From NCBI RefSeq assembly GCF_003334305.1, contig NZ_QOWS01000014.1: 64,000 nt of DNA, one strand, 5' to 3'. The translations under genes and the position numbers were made by a program. Positions 22,303 to 34,858 of this stretch are shown here, piece after piece. The notes beneath the pieces were generated by a model that had not been told where the DNA came from, ran no database searches, and saw only the letters and a list, made by a program, of their open reading frames with translations. This stretch comes from Escherichia coli (lineage in GTDB: Bacteria; Pseudomonadota; Gammaproteobacteria; Enterobacterales; Enterobacteriaceae). Each line of letters opens with the position of its first letter. Position 1 is the stretch's first letter.

Positions 22303-23463
22303 CTAAAGCTGGCGCAGGCGTTCAGCTGCTGCCAGCAACGTCGATTCCTTCTTGGCAAAACAGAGACGAATCAGTTTATGTGGGAAGGGATCGGCGCAAA
22401 ACACCGACAGCGGAATCGCCGCTACGCCGTGCTCCTGCGTCAGCCACTGGCAAAACTCAACATCATCCAGGGTAGAAACCTCGCTGTAATCCACCAGCAA
22501 AAAGTATGTACCTTCACACGGTAAAATCTCCAGCCGGCTTTCATTTAAAGCATTCACCAGAATATCGCGCTTCTGGCGATAAAAGTCCGGTAACGCAAGA
22601 TAATGCTCAGGTTCTGCACGTAGCATATCAGCAAGCGCCAGCTGTGCCGGGGTATTCACCGAAAAGGTCAGATACTGATGTACCTTGCGAATTTCGGCGC
22701 TGATGGGCGCTGGCGCAACACAATAACCCACTTTCCAGCCGGTCATATGATAGGTCTTGCCAAATGAAGAAACCGCCACTGCCCGCTCACGCAGCTGCGG
22801 ATGCGCCAGCACACTGGCATGGCCCTGTTGTGAAAAGTTGATGTGCTCGTAGACTTCATCGCTAATGACAAAAATCTCGTGCCCGGCGATCGCCTGCCAC
22901 AAAGCGGCGAAATCAGCCTGCTGCCAGACAGTTGCACTGGGGTTATGCGGAGTGTTGAGGATCACCAGTCTGGTGCGCTCGCTTAATAATGCGGCAAATT
23001 CCTGCCAGTCAACGCGAAAATGCGGTGGTTGCAGTGCCATACGCTTCACTATTCCCCCAGAAAGCGCGATGGCGGGGGAGTAACTGTCATAGCTGGGATC
23101 AAAACAAATCACTTCATCGCCATTGCGCACCAGTGCGGTAATCGCCGCGTATAACGCTTCCGTCGCCCCTGCCGTTACGGTGATATCGCTATCGGCATCT
23201 GGTTGATAGCCATACAAACGTTCCGTTTTCTGAGCAATCGCCTCGCGCAAGGCCTGCACGCCGGTCATGGGCGCGTATTGGTTTGCCCCCTGGGCAACGT
23301 GGTACGCCAGCCGCTCCTGTAAATAGCGCGGACCATCAAAATCAGGAAAGCCTTGCGACAGGTTAATCGCCTGGTGTTGCTGCGCCAGCGCGCTCATCTG
23401 GGTGAAAATAGTGGTGCCAAGTTGTGGAAGTTTGCTTTGTGGAATCAGAGGGTTATTTGTCAT
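22303..23463 (-). CDS. ybdL: PLP-dependent methionine aminotransferase YbdL
   Basis: 386-aa class-I aminotransferase ORF MTNNPLIPQSKLPQLGTTIF. Confidence 0.88.
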   Translation of the reverse strand: MTNNPLIPQSKLPQLGTTIFTQMSALAQQHQAINLSQGFPDFDGPRYLQERLAYHVAQGANQYAPMTGVQALREAIAQKTERLYGYQPDADSDITVTAGATEALYAAITALVRNGDEVICFDPSYDSYSPAIALSGGIVKRMALQPPHFRVDWQEFAALLSERTRLVILNTPHNPSATVWQQADFAALWQAIAGHEIFVISDEVYEHINFSQQGHASVLAHPQLRERAVAVSSFGKTYHMTGWKVGYCVAPAPISAEIRKVHQYLTFSVNTPAQLALADMLRAEPEHYLALPDFYRQKRDILVNALNESRLEILPCEGTYFLLVDYSEVSTLDDVEFCQWLTQEHGVAAIPLSVFCADPFPHKLIRLCFAKKESTLLAAAERLRQL

Positions 23464-23571
23464 TTTTATTGTACCTGACGAAGTTGCGTGTTGAAGGCAC
23501 TATAACACGATGCTAGTATTTGGCAATCAAGACGTTTAGATGTCTAAATAAAACAATAAGGACAACACAAC

Positions 23572-24660
23572 ATGCCTCACAATCCTATCCGCGTGGTCGT
23601 CGGCCCGGCTAACTACTTTTCACATCCAGGAAGTTTCAATCACCTGCACGATTTTTTCACTGATGAACAACTTTCTCGCGCGGTGTGGATCTACGGCAAA
23701 CGCGCCATTGCTGCGGCGCAAACCAAACTTCCGCCAGCGTTTGGACTTCCAGGGGCAAAGCATATTTTGTTTCGTGGTCATTGCAGCGAAAGCGATGTAC
23801 AGCAACTGGCGGCTGAGTCCGGTGACGATCGCAGCGTGGTGATTGGCGTCGGCGGCGGCGCACTGCTCGACACCGCGAAAGCCCTCGCCCGCCGTCTCGG
23901 TCTGCCATTTGTTGCCGCTCCGACGATCGCCGCCACCTGCGCAGCCTGGACACCGCTCTCCGTCTGGTATAACGATGCCGGACAGGCGCTGCATTATGAG
24001 ATTTTCGACGACGCCAATTTTATGGTGCTGGTGGAACCGGAGATTATCCTCAATGCACCGCAACAATATCTGCTGGCGGGGATCGGTGACACGCTGGCGA
24101 AATGGTATGAAGCGGTGGTGCTGGCTCCGCAACCAGAAACGTTGCCGCTAACCGTGCGACTGGGGATCAATAATGCGCAGGCCATTCGCGACGTATTGTT
24201 AAACAGTAGCGAACAGGCGCTGAGCGATCAGCAAAATCAACAGTTAACGCAATCATTTTGCGATGTGGTGGATGCTATTATTGCTGGTGGTGGGATGGTC
24301 GGTGGTCTGGGCGATCGTTTTACGCGTGTGGCGGCGGCTCATGCCGTGCATAACGGTCTGACTGTCCTGCCGCAAACCGAGAAATTTCTCCACGGCACCA
24401 AAGTCGCTTATGGCATTCTGGTACAAAGCGCCTTGCTGGGTCAGGATGATGTGCTGGCGCAATTAACCGGGGCGTATCAGCGTTTTCATCTGCCGACCAC
24501 GCTGGCGGAGCTGGAAGTGGATATCAATAATCATGCGGAGATCGACAAAGTGATTACCCACACCCTGCGTCCGGTGGAATCCATTCATTACCTGCCAGTC
24601 ACGCTGACACCAGATACGTTGCGTGCAGCGTTCGAAAAAGTGGAATCGTTTAAAGCCTGA
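23572..24660 (+). CDS. ybdH: iron-containing alcohol/glycerol-dehydrogenase-family oxidoreductase YbdH (HcxA)
   Basis: 362-aa ORF MPHNPIRVVVGPANYFSHPGS. Confidence 0.85.
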   Translation: MPHNPIRVVVGPANYFSHPGSFNHLHDFFTDEQLSRAVWIYGKRAIAAAQTKLPPAFGLPGAKHILFRGHCSESDVQQLAAESGDDRSVVIGVGGGALLDTAKALARRLGLPFVAAPTIAATCAAWTPLSVWYNDAGQALHYEIFDDANFMVLVEPEIILNAPQQYLLAGIGDTLAKWYEAVVLAPQPETLPLTVRLGINNAQAIRDVLLNSSEQALSDQQNQQLTQSFCDVVDAIIAGGGMVGGLGDRFTRVAAAHAVHNGLTVLPQTEKFLHGTKVAYGILVQSALLGQDDVLAQLTGAYQRFHLPTTLAELEVDINNHAEIDKVITHTLRPVESIHYLPVTLTPDTLRAAFEKVESFKA

Positions 24661-24669
24661 CGTGCAAAT

Positions 24670-24867
24670 TTAGCAGCAGCGCGCGCCGCCTTTTCCACCG
24701 TAGCGCGCGTCCTGCCGCTCACGGAAAAACTCTTCGTAGGTCATCGGCGTTTGATCGGGATGGTTAACCCGCATATGTTCGACATAGTTGTCGTAATCAG
24801 GCATACCAATCATCAGCTTCGCCGCCTGACCTAAATATTTTCCGGCTTTTGCCAGTGAATCAAACAT
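24670..24867 (-). CDS. ybdD: DUF466 small protein YbdD (cstA-associated)
   Basis: 65-aa [35 protein letters not shown] downstream of cstA on the same strand. Confidence 0.85.
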   Translation of the reverse strand: MFDSLAKAGKYLGQAAKLMIGMPDYDNYVEHMRVNHPDQTPMTYEEFFRERQDARYGGKGGARCC

Positions 24868-24900
24868 CTTGGCCTCCGCTAACCATGTTGCTGAAAGAGT

Positions 24901-24934
24901 GCCGGATGCGGCGTGAACGCCTTATCCGGCCTAC
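24901..24934. repeat. REP (repetitive extragenic palindromic) element
   Basis: gccggatgcggcgtgaacgccttatccggcctac; near-identical copy at 46834..46867. Confidence 0.8.
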
Positions 24935-24954
24935 AAATGCTATCAACGCGCTCG

Positions 24955-25046
24955 GTCAGTCCCCTCGCCCCATCGGGGAGAGGGTTAGGGTGAGGAGGAA
25001 CCCTCGGCACTATGCCAACATTCGCCAACATCCCCCCTCACTCTGA
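24955..25046. repeat. GC-rich imperfect-palindrome intergenic repeat (second copy at 32370..32472)
   Basis: gtcccctcgccccatcggggagagggttagggtgagg matches the reverse complement of cccctcaccctaaccctctccccaaaggggcgaggggac at 32433..32472. Confidence 0.6.
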
Positions 25047-25048
25047 CT

Positions 25049-27154
25049 TTAGTGTGCGCCTTTTGCCTGCGCCACGATCTCCTCGACATTTTCCGGCATT
25101 GGCTCATACGGCGTTTCTTTCGCCGTTGGCTTCGGATCTTTCAATGCCGCCAGTGCCGTCTTAATCGAGAACAGCGCCAGAACCACCACGACCACCATAA
25201 AGAAGATGGTTAACCCGGCATCCAGACGGTTGTTGAACACCAGTTGCGCCAGCTGTGACTCAGTATACTGCGACGGAATATTGCCGCTGTCGATCATTGC
25301 CTGGAACTTATTAGCAATGGCCAGGAAGCCGACTTTCGCATCCGGGCTAAACGCTTTCTGCCAGCCTGCGGTCAGGGTACAAATCAGCAGCCAGGCCGTT
25401 GGTACCAGCGCCACCCAGGCGTAACGTTGACGTTTCATCTTGAACAACACCACGGCACAGAGCATCAGCGCCATCCCTGCCAGCATCTGGTTGGCAATAC
25501 CAAACAGCGGCCACAGAGTGTTAATGCCGCCCAGCGGATCGACCACGCCCTGATGGAGGAAGTAGCCCCACGCCAGTACGCACAGCGCTGTTGCCAGCAG
25601 GTTAGCAGGCAGTGAATCGGTCCGCTTCAGGCCCGGAGAAACCACGCCCAGCAGATCCTGCAACATAAAGCGCGCAGCACGCGTACCCGCATCTACCGCC
25701 GTCAGAATAAACAGAGCTTCAAACAGAATGGCGAAGTGATACCAGAACGCCACATCCATCATACCACCCAGCGCACCGTGCAGGATGTAAGCCATCCCCA
25801 CCGCCAGCGTCGGCGCACCGCCCGCACGGGAAATGATCGACTGTTCACCCACTTCGCTGGCAATCTGGTTGAGCGTATCTGGTGTAATGCTAAAGCCCCA
25901 GCTACTCACCACCTGCGCGGCAGAAGCGACTACATCCGCCGTCCCTGCCGGAGCCAGCACCGCCATTGGGCTGTTCATGGCAAAATACACGCCCGGATCG
26001 ATGATACAGGCAGAAACCAGCGCCATAATCGCCACGAAGGATTCCATCAACATCCCACCGTAGCCGATAAAGCACGCCTGCCCTTCGTTCGCCAGCATCT
26101 TCGGCGTGGTGCCGGAAGAGATCAGCGCATGGAAGCCAGACACCGCACCACAGGCGATGGTGATAAACAGGAACGGGAACAGGTTACCGGTCCATACCGG
26201 GCCAGTGCCATCGACAAATTTGGTCAGCGCAGGCATGGTCAGCGTCGGGCGCATAATCAAAATGCCTACCGCCAGACCGACGATAGTCCCGATTTTCAGG
26301 AAGGTCGAGAGATAGTCACGCGGGGCCAGCAGTAACCACACCGGCAGCACCGCCGCCACAAAACCGTAACCCACCAGCATCCAGGTCAACTGCACGCCGG
26401 TAAAGTCAAAGTACGGTGCCCAGGTCGGACTTTCTGCCACCCAGCCGCCAGAGATAATGGCGAAAATCAGGAATACCAGACCGATGACCGACACTTCGCC
26501 AATACGCCCCGGACGCAGATAGCGCAGGTAGATCCCCATAAACAGCGCCAGCGGAATGGTGAACGCAACGGTATATGTTCCCCACGGGCTATGAGTCAGG
26601 GCTTTCACCACGATCATCGCCAGCACTGCAAGGATAATGACCATGATCATAAAGCAGGCCACCAGCGCTATCACCCCGGCGGTTGGCCCCATCTCTTCTT
26701 TGACCAGCTCACCCAGCGATCGACCGTCACGGCGCGTAGAAACAAACAGCACCATGAAATCCTGCACCGCACCGGCGAGAACCACCCCGGCGAGCAGCCA
26801 GATCATCCCTGGCAGGTAACCCATTTGCGCCGCCAGTACCGGCCCAACCAACGGACCTGCTCCGGCAATGGCCGCAAAATGGTGACCGAACAGCACTTTC
26901 TTGTCCGTCGGCACATAGTCCAGCCCGTCGTTATGGCGCACCGCTGGCGTCATACGCGTCGGGTCAACCGCCAGCACATTTTTGGCGATATACAGCCCAT
27001 AAAAACGGTAAGCGATCAGATAGATACAGACCGACGCCACCACAATCCACAGCGCGTTGATCTGTTCCCCACGATTTAAAGCAATGTATCCCAGAGCAAA
27101 TGCTCCCATTACAGAGAGCACTGTCCAGACGAGGTATTTCCCTGATTTGTTCAT
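25049..27154 (-). CDS. cstA: carbon starvation protein A (peptide/pyruvate transporter family)
   Basis: 701-aa polytopic membrane ORF MNKSGKYLVWTVLSVMGAFALGYIAL. Confidence 0.93.
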   Translation of the reverse strand: MNKSGKYLVWTVLSVMGAFALGYIALNRGEQINALWIVVASVCIYLIAYRFYGLYIAKNVLAVDPTRMTPAVRHNDGLDYVPTDKKVLFGHHFAAIAGAGPLVGPVLAAQMGYLPGMIWLLAGVVLAGAVQDFMVLFVSTRRDGRSLGELVKEEMGPTAGVIALVACFMIMVIILAVLAMIVVKALTHSPWGTYTVAFTIPLALFMGIYLRYLRPGRIGEVSVIGLVFLIFAIISGGWVAESPTWAPYFDFTGVQLTWMLVGYGFVAAVLPVWLLLAPRDYLSTFLKIGTIVGLAVGILIMRPTLTMPALTKFVDGTGPVWTGNLFPFLFITIACGAVSGFHALISSGTTPKMLANEGQACFIGYGGMLMESFVAIMALVSACIIDPGVYFAMNSPMAVLAPAGTADVVASAAQVVSSWGFSITPDTLNQIASEVGEQSIISRAGGAPTLAVGMAYILHGALGGMMDVAFWYHFAILFEALFILTAVDAGTRAARFMLQDLLGVVSPGLKRTDSLPANLLATALCVLAWGYFLHQGVVDPLGGINTLWPLFGIANQMLAGMALMLCAVVLFKMKRQRYAWVALVPTAWLLICTLTAGWQKAFSPDAKVGFLAIANKFQAMIDSGNIPSQYTESQLAQLVFNNRLDAGLTIFFMVVVVVLALFSIKTALAALKDPKPTAKETPYEPMPENVEEIVAQAKGAH

Positions 27155-27334
27155 AGTTGTTATCCGTGTGCGTGTCCATAGATATGTTACATTTTGTTTC
27201 TATAACATCTTTGTACGATTTAACAACACGGTAACCATGTAAATCGGAGTTGAAACCAATATTTAACTTAACAATGTTAACTCGATCACTCCGTTAACCG
27301 AGTTTTCCTGCAATCTCATTTAATTCTGTCGGGC

Positions 27335-28496
<1,162 letters not shown>

Positions 28497-28497
<1 letters not shown>

Positions 28498-29354
28498 TAT
28501 TTCACCTCGCGGGAGAGTAGCTTCCACCAGGCGTCGATGGTCGGGTTTTTCGCCAGCATGACAAAGTCGATATCACCATGCACTTTGCGCCAGCGCGCCG
28601 CCAGCGCCATCATGCGCACCGAATCCAGACCGTAGTCGATCAGGTTGTCGTCATCGAACGGTTCATCGGACTCGTCCAGCAACGGCAGGATAACCTCACG
28701 CAGCGCCGCTTTGCTGGCGGGGACAGGTGCTGGCAGTAATTCTTCAGTCATCACCACCCGGCCAGACCGCCCGGCCACATATTTCAGCGACATCAAATGC
28801 TCGTCACGGCTGAAATCGGCCAGCGCATCCGCCACCATAAACGGTTTAATATCGCGCATAAATGCGTCGGTTGCGGTGGTCATACAGCCAATGTGGGCAT
28901 ATACCCCGGTAATAATCAGCTGGTTACGTCCACTCTCTTTGAGCATTTGCTCCAGCGGAGAACGATGAAACGCGCTGTAGCGCCACTTCACCAGCACCGT
29001 GTCGTCGGCATCTGGCGTCAGGCGATCCACCACCTTTTGCTGTTCCGGCGAACGGGTCAGGCCCGGCCCCCACATATCATTCAACAGCGCCCGATCTTCA
29101 TCGCTCTGCTCTTTCGGCTGGGCGGTGTAATAAACCGGGATATTGTGCTGTTTGCAGTAGTCGCGCAGCGCAGCAATATTCGCGATCACCTGCTCCATCA
29201 TCGGGCAGTTCTCGCCCCAGAAGCTGACAAAATAGTCCTGCATATCATGGATTAACAACGCGGCACGTTGCGGTTCAAAGGCCCAGTCAACTTTATTCTT
29301 AGGGATATCGTGAGACTCCGGCAGTGCGTAAGCCTGTAATTTTGGAATAGCCAT
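28497..29354 (-). CDS. entB: isochorismatase / aryl carrier protein EntB
   Basis: 285-aa ORF MAIPKLQAYALPESHDIPKNKVDW. Confidence 0.93.
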
Positions 29355-29367
29355 CGTGTTCTCTCCT

Positions 29368-30978
29368 TCAGGCTGATGCGCGTGACGCCAGCCACTGACG
29401 TAATTGTTTTTTATCGACTTTCCCGACCGCCGTCAGCGGAAGTGAATCTACACACTCCACGCGATCCGGTAATTTAAATTCGGCAATACCCTGTTCACGC
29501 AGGAAACGACGCACCTGCACCGCGCGCAGCGGCTCTTTTACCACCAGATAAGCGCAGCTTTTTTCGCCCATCAGCTCATCTTCCATGCTCACCAGTGCGG
29601 CGTAGATCACCGCCGGGTGGCGCAGCAGCAGGTTTTCGATCTCTTCGGCAGCGATCTTCTCACCGCCACGGTTGATCTGATCTTTCTCGCGCCCCTGCAC
29701 GGTGATGTACCCCTCTGGATCAATAGAGATCAGATCGCCGGAACAGTAAAAACCGTTGGCATCAAAGGCACTGGCATTGTGCTGCGGACTTTTGTAATAA
29801 CCGCGGAAGGTGTACGGCCCGCGCGTCATCAGGCGTCCAACTTCCCCTTGCGGCAGTGGATTTCCTTCAGCATCAGCAACCCATACTTCATCGTCCGGAC
29901 ACATTGGGTAACCCTGGGTATGGATAATTTTCTCCGCGCTATCATCAAGTCGGGTGTAGTTCACCAGCCCTTCCGCCATGCCAAACACCTGCTGCAACAG
30001 GCAGCCAATCTCAGCGGGAATACGCGCCGCAAGGGTGGCTGAAAGACGTGCGCCGCCGACCTGTAACAGTTTCAGCGAGGCAAGCTGCGCCCGGCTTTCA
30101 CCTTCGGTCAGCGCCTGCAACCACAGGCTGACTGCCGGTGGCACCAGCGCGGTGACGTTCACCTGATGTTTTTCAATCAATGGGAAGCAAAGCGTGGCGC
30201 TGGGATCGGCCGCCAGAACAACCGTTCCTCCGGCAAGAAAGACGCCCAGCGATCCCGGCGAACTCATGGCGTAGTTATGAGCCGCCGGGATCGCGCACAG
30301 GTAGCGTGTCTGTTGTGTGAACTGACAAATCTCGACGCTACGACGCACGCTGTAGTAGTAGTCGTTATGAGTGCGCGGGATCAGTTTCGGTGTGCCGGTG
30401 GTGCCGCCGGAAAGCTGGAAATAGGCCACTTCATCAGCAGGTGATGGCGTGGCAGTAAAATCCTCAGCCGGATGGTTAATCGCATCCTGCAAGTTATGCT
30501 CACCGCTGTCGTTGTGCAGTTGCACCACGCGAATGGAGGAATGTTCTGTGACGAAAGTATTGAGGAAATCATCCCCGCTAAACAGCGCATGTTGGCGATC
30601 GGCAATCAGCAATGCGGGTTCAATCTGGCTGGCATAGGCGTTCAGTTCACTACGCTGATGGCTGAACAGCGCCAGCACCGGCGCAACGCCCAGTTTCAGC
30701 AGCGCGAAAAAGGTAATATACAATTCAGCGACGTTACCCAGTTGTACCAGCGCGGTTTCACCAGGTTTAATGCCCTGACGGCGTAAACTACACGCGAGGT
30801 TATCCGCCGCCTGATTCAGCTCCCGGTAACTCAACTGTCGCTCGCCGTCGATAACCGCGATGCTGTCACTCGCAGCGTGGCGAGTCAGAATGTCGGTCAG
30901 CGGCAAATCCTGCCAGTAGCCTTTTTCCCGATAGCGACGGGCAAACTCTTCCGGCCAGCGGGTGAATGGAATGCTCAT
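29368..30978 (-). CDS. entE: 2,3-dihydroxybenzoate-AMP ligase EntE
   Basis: 536-aa adenylate-forming enzyme [25 protein letters not shown]. Confidence 0.93.
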   Translation of the reverse strand: MSIPFTRWPEEFARRYREKGYWQDLPLTDILTRHAASDSIAVIDGERQLSYRELNQAADNLACSLRRQGIKPGETALVQLGNVAELYITFFALLKLGVAPVLALFSHQRSELNAYASQIEPALLIADRQHALFSGDDFLNTFVTEHSSIRVVQLHNDSGEHNLQDAINHPAEDFTATPSPADEVAYFQLSGGTTGTPKLIPRTHNDYYYSVRRSVEICQFTQQTRYLCAIPAAHNYAMSSPGSLGVFLAGGTVVLAADPSATLCFPLIEKHQVNVTALVPPAVSLWLQALTEGESRAQLASLKLLQVGGARLSATLAARIPAEIGCLLQQVFGMAEGLVNYTRLDDSAEKIIHTQGYPMCPDDEVWVADAEGNPLPQGEVGRLMTRGPYTFRGYYKSPQHNASAFDANGFYCSGDLISIDPEGYITVQGREKDQINRGGEKIAAEEIENLLLRHPAVIYAALVSMEDELMGEKSCAYLVVKEPLRAVQVRRFLREQGIAEFKLPDRVECVDSLPLTAVGKVDKKQLRQWLASRASA

Positions 30979-30987
30979 CCTCGCTCC

Positions 30988-32163
30988 TTAATGCAATCCA
31001 AAAACGTTCAACATGGTAGAAAGTTTGACGCCTGTTTCGCGCCACTCACCCAACGGTGACGACGCAGGCACAATCCCCGCTCCGGCAAACAGACGCACCT
31101 GATTTTCCCGCAGCTTCGCGCAGCGGATGGTCACCACCCATTCGCCGTTACCTTCGCTGTCACACCAACCCACAATGCCGCCAAACAGTTCGCGGTCGAA
31201 TGGCTCCAGTTCAGCAATAACCTGGGTCGCGGCCTGATGCGGGAAACCGCTCAGCGCGGGGGTTGGATGCAGCAGACAGGCCAGAGTCAGTGCGTTTTCT
31301 TGCGAATTCGCTTTACCTTCAAAGGGAGTTGCGAGATGCCACAGCGTCGGCGTGGTAATCAATTGTGGAGAGGAGGGAACGTGTAACTCACTACTGCGTT
31401 CGCGCAGTACCTCTTTCATCGCCTGAGTCACCAGTTCATGTTCATGGCGATCTTTTTCTGACGCCAGCAGACGATTACCCGCTTCGCGATCGAGCACTTC
31501 ATCCGGCTGACGACGCGCGGAACCGGCTAACGGAATGGAGCTAAAACGCTCGCCGTCTTTACGTAGCAGCAGTTCCGGGCTGGCCCCCAGCAGGACGCCA
31601 CCATCAGCCAGCGGGACATGGAAGTTGTAACTAACCGGGTTTTGCGCAATCAACCGTTCCAGCAATACGCCACTATCAATGGCGGCGTCAGTGGTGATAT
31701 CAATCAATCGTGACAACACCACTTTGTCGACCTGCGGCGTGGCGGTAAGTGCGGCGGCGCGGGCAACCATCTGTTCAAACGTGGTTTGTTCAGGAATTGC
31801 CTGGCGTTCCACCACGTTCAGCGACTGGCTGCGGGTAAAACGGCGGGCTGAGGTCTGTTTTTCCTGGCGGGAGAACGACTGCCAGGATTCGGGAATATAC
31901 AGCGACGAAGGCTGACGTGGATCGAAGGGAATCGCCCCGACCATCACCGGATTTTTGATGCCCTGCGCTTTGGCATCGGCAAACAGCGCGGCGAGTTTTT
32001 GCTGGAAGGGACTGTCGGGCGAATCCCCGTTCACAGCCGGTTCATCGAAGCGGGCGAAACATCCTGACGTCGTAAAACTGCGGTACGGCGACATAAAGAA
32101 AAAGCGATTGGGCGCAAGTGTTGCCATGGTCTGCTGTACTTCCTCAGCCAGTGACGTATCCAT
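30988..32163 (-). CDS. entC: isochorismate synthase EntC
   Basis: ORF 30988..32175; start trimmed to the ATG giving [24 protein letters not shown] (391 aa). Confidence 0.92.
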   Translation of the reverse strand: MDTSLAEEVQQTMATLAPNRFFFMSPYRSFTTSGCFARFDEPAVNGDSPDSPFQQKLAALFADAKAQGIKNPVMVGAIPFDPRQPSSLYIPESWQSFSRQEKQTSARRFTRSQSLNVVERQAIPEQTTFEQMVARAAALTATPQVDKVVLSRLIDITTDAAIDSGVLLERLIAQNPVSYNFHVPLADGGVLLGASPELLLRKDGERFSSIPLAGSARRQPDEVLDREAGNRLLASEKDRHEHELVTQAMKEVLRERSSELHVPSSPQLITTPTLWHLATPFEGKANSQENALTLACLLHPTPALSGFPHQAATQVIAELEPFDRELFGGIVGWCDSEGNGEWVVTIRCAKLRENQVRLFAGAGIVPASSPLGEWRETGVKLSTMLNVFGLH

Positions 32164-32176
32164 ATCATCCTCCACA

Positions 32177-32214
32177 AAATGATAAAGGCTTTAATAATGA
32201 TTATCATTTATATT
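32177..32214. promoter_or_regulatory. Fur box(es) in the entC promoter (entC-fepB divergent region)
   Basis: aaatgataaaggctttaataatgattatcatttatatt contains the Fur consensus-like core ataatgattatcatt 14-50 bp upstream of entC. Confidence 0.75.
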
Positions 32215-32369
32215 TTCGGTCGCTAACCTAAAAGCAAACGCGCACTATGTCAACTCTTGAGGTAACGCAATCTGCAACTCGGGGTTGCATCTGGTTGTGG
32301 TTACAATAAAAATGAGAAGCATTATTGATGGATTCGCATAAGCGCAATGTGATGTCCTGCGCCGTTCTG

Positions 32370-32472
32370 CCCCCTCTCCCTTCCAGGGTGAGGGCTGGGG
32401 TGAGGGTTAATGTTCGCACCAGTGCTGGCTGTTCCCCTCACCCTAACCCTCTCCCCAAAGGGGCGAGGGGAC
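32370..32472. repeat. GC-rich palindromic intergenic repeat in the fepB leader (same family as 24955..25046)
   Basis: ccccctctcccttccagggtgagggctggggtgagggtta ... cccctcaccctaaccctctccccaaaggggcgaggggac; internal inverted repeats. Confidence 0.6.
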
Positions 32473-32537
32473 GGATTGTGCGCTTTGTCGAATTTGTCAT
32501 TACGCCCTTAACCTTATTAATAACAGGAAGCTGATTT

Positions 32538-33494
32538 GTGAGACTCGCCCCGCTCTACCGCAACGCCCTTCTATTAACAGGACTTTTACTTTCAGGAATA
32601 GCCGCAGTTCAGGCCGCTGACTGGCCGCGTCAGATTACTGACAGCCGTGGCACACATACACTGGAAAGCCAGCCGCAGCGTATTGTTTCCACCAGCGTCA
32701 CCCTGACCGGCTCACTGCTGGCGATTGATGCTCCGGTGATCGCCAGCGGCGCGACCACGCCGAATAACCGCGTCGCGGATGACCAGGGCTTTTTACGCCA
32801 GTGGAGCAAGGTGGCGAAAGAACGCAAACTGCAACGGCTCTATATCGGCGAACCGAGCGCCGAAGCCGTTGCCGCGCAAATGCCGGATCTGATTTTAATT
32901 AGCGCAACCGGCGGGGATTCGGCGCTGGCACTGTATGATCAGCTTTCCACCATCGCCCCGACATTAATCATCAATTACGACGACAAAAGCTGGCAGTCGC
33001 TGTTAACGCAGCTTGGCGAAATTACCGGGCATGAGAAACAAGCGGCAGAGCGGATTGCACAGTTTGATAAGCAACTGGCAGCGGCGAAAGAGCAAATCAA
33101 ATTACCGCCGCAGCCGGTCACTGCCATTGTCTATACCGCCGCTGCACACAGTGCCAATCTCTGGACGCCGGAATCAGCACAAGGGCAGATGCTGGAACAA
33201 CTCGGCTTTACGCTGGCGAAGTTGCCCGCAGGGTTAAACGCCAGCCAAAGCCAGGGCAAACGCCATGACATCATTCAGCTTGGTGGGGAAAATCTGGCTG
33301 CTGGGTTAAATGGCGAGTCACTATTCCTGTTCGCCGGTGATCAGAAAGATGCCGATGCGATTTATGCCAATCCACTGCTCGCGCACCTGCCCGCAGTACA
33401 AAACAAGCAGGTTTATGCGCTGGGAACCGAGACGTTCCGCCTGGATTACTACAGCGCCATGCAAGTGCTGGAACGACTTAAGGCGCTGTTTTAA
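32538..33494 (+). CDS. fepB: ferric enterobactin periplasmic binding protein FepB
   Basis: 318-aa ORF with GTG start, [26 protein letters not shown] signal peptide. Confidence 0.92.
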   Translation: MRLAPLYRNALLLTGLLLSGIAAVQAADWPRQITDSRGTHTLESQPQRIVSTSVTLTGSLLAIDAPVIASGATTPNNRVADDQGFLRQWSKVAKERKLQRLYIGEPSAEAVAAQMPDLILISATGGDSALALYDQLSTIAPTLIINYDDKSWQSLLTQLGEITGHEKQAAERIAQFDKQLAAAKEQIKLPPQPVTAIVYTAAAHSANLWTPESAQGQMLEQLGFTLAKLPAGLNASQSQGKRHDIIQLGGENLAAGLNGESLFLFAGDQKDADAIYANPLLAHLPAVQNKQVYALGTETFRLDYYSAMQVLERLKALF

Positions 33495-33497
33495 GCA

Positions 33498-34748
33498 TTA
33501 ACTGTCAGACGCTGTCACCTGCGGCGGCGTCTGGCGAAAACGTCGCAACTCCACCAGCACCAGCAATAACAACACGCCGATAATCAACAAACCAAAACCG
33601 CTCGCGCTTGCGGAAGCAACCGGTGTCATCATCGCGCCCAAACCACCCAGCAGCGCCGCGCCTATGGCATCGCCCGTCACGTTCTGCGCCGTCCACAAAC
33701 CGTTAATCCGCCCTAACATCGCTTCCGGGGTTTGCGTTTGCAGCATTGTATATTGCAGCAACGAACTAACCGCGCTCAGCCAGCCGAACAGCGCCAGACA
33801 AACCACGCCTAAAATCCACATCGGCATCAGGCCAAACAGACCAATGGCGAGGAACGATCCCAGCGTGGAGAGCAGCATCAATAACCCTGGTCGCGCACTA
33901 TGTGCCAGCTTCCCGCTGGTTAACGCACCAATAGCCGCGCCGAGCGGGATCGCCGCGTAGAGAAAACCAATCTGTGCCGCTGACATCTGCCAGTTGTCAG
34001 CCAGCGCCGGATACAGTACCCGCACCGCGCTCGCCATCGTCAATAAACCACCCAGCAGCGCAATCCCGCCCACCAGCGGGCTGGCAAGCAGAAAACGAAA
34101 TCCTGCCAGTAATGATTTCAACGGATGCTCACGCGGCTGCGGTGGCGGTGGCAACGCCGGAAGGCTTAACAACGGTAGCAAGGTAATAAACGTGCCCGCC
34201 GCCGCCAGCCCGTAGTTCCAGGCTACGCCACCGGTCGCCAGCAATAAACCGCCAATCATGGGCGAAATCACCGACCCCAGACGCACGGTCAACATGGTGA
34301 TCGCCCCGGCCTGCATTAAGTTTTCACGCCCTACCAGTGCTGGTGTCGCCGCCAATAGCGCCGTAACGCCAAGCGATGCGAAAAAACCATCCCATAAACC
34401 AAGTAAATAGATTGCCAGCAATGACGGCTCCGGCAGCAGTGCATTAAGGCACAGTCCAATGAAGCCAATGCCACAGGTGCCGCGCGCCAGCAAAATCACT
34501 TTTTTGCGCTCATAGCGATCCGCCAGCACACCGCCAACCATCAGGCCAACAAACATCGCGCCGCCGGTCAGCGTCACCGAAAGCCCCACCTGCCAGGTAG
34601 AATGCGTCATCATCTGGATCTGCACCGGCACCGCGACGCCGAGCAAACCCAGAGACACAATTGAGATAAAACGAGCGAGGAATACTGCGCGAAACGCCGG
34701 GTGCGTTTTCAACAGGCTGAGGTTAAGCAGCCAGGATTGTTTATTCAT
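33498..34748 (-). CDS. entS: enterobactin exporter EntS (MFS)
   Basis: 416-aa 12-[32 protein letters not shown]. Confidence 0.92.
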
Positions 34749-34821
34749 TACAATGCCTTGCCATCAAATATTTTAAATACCTATTCTTAGGCTGCACATG
34801 CTAACATATCCAAATAAGATC

Positions 34822-34846
34822 GATAACGATAATTAATTTCATTATC
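34822..34846. promoter_or_regulatory. Fur box in the entS / fepD divergent promoter region
   Basis: gataacgataattaatttcattatc immediately upstream of fepD. Confidence 0.75.
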
Positions 34847-34858
34847 ATGGAAGTTCGT

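Noticed and set aside
27155-27334. Possible CRP site in the cstA promoter region
   Set aside because: cstA is known to be CRP-dependent, but I could not find a clean TGTGA-N6-TCACA match by eye; left unannotated.
32325-32534. 69-aa ORF in the entC-fepB intergenic region
   Set aside because: It reads through the GC-rich palindromic repeat; the Pro/Gly/Arg-rich low-complexity translation is characteristic of repeat DNA, not a protein.
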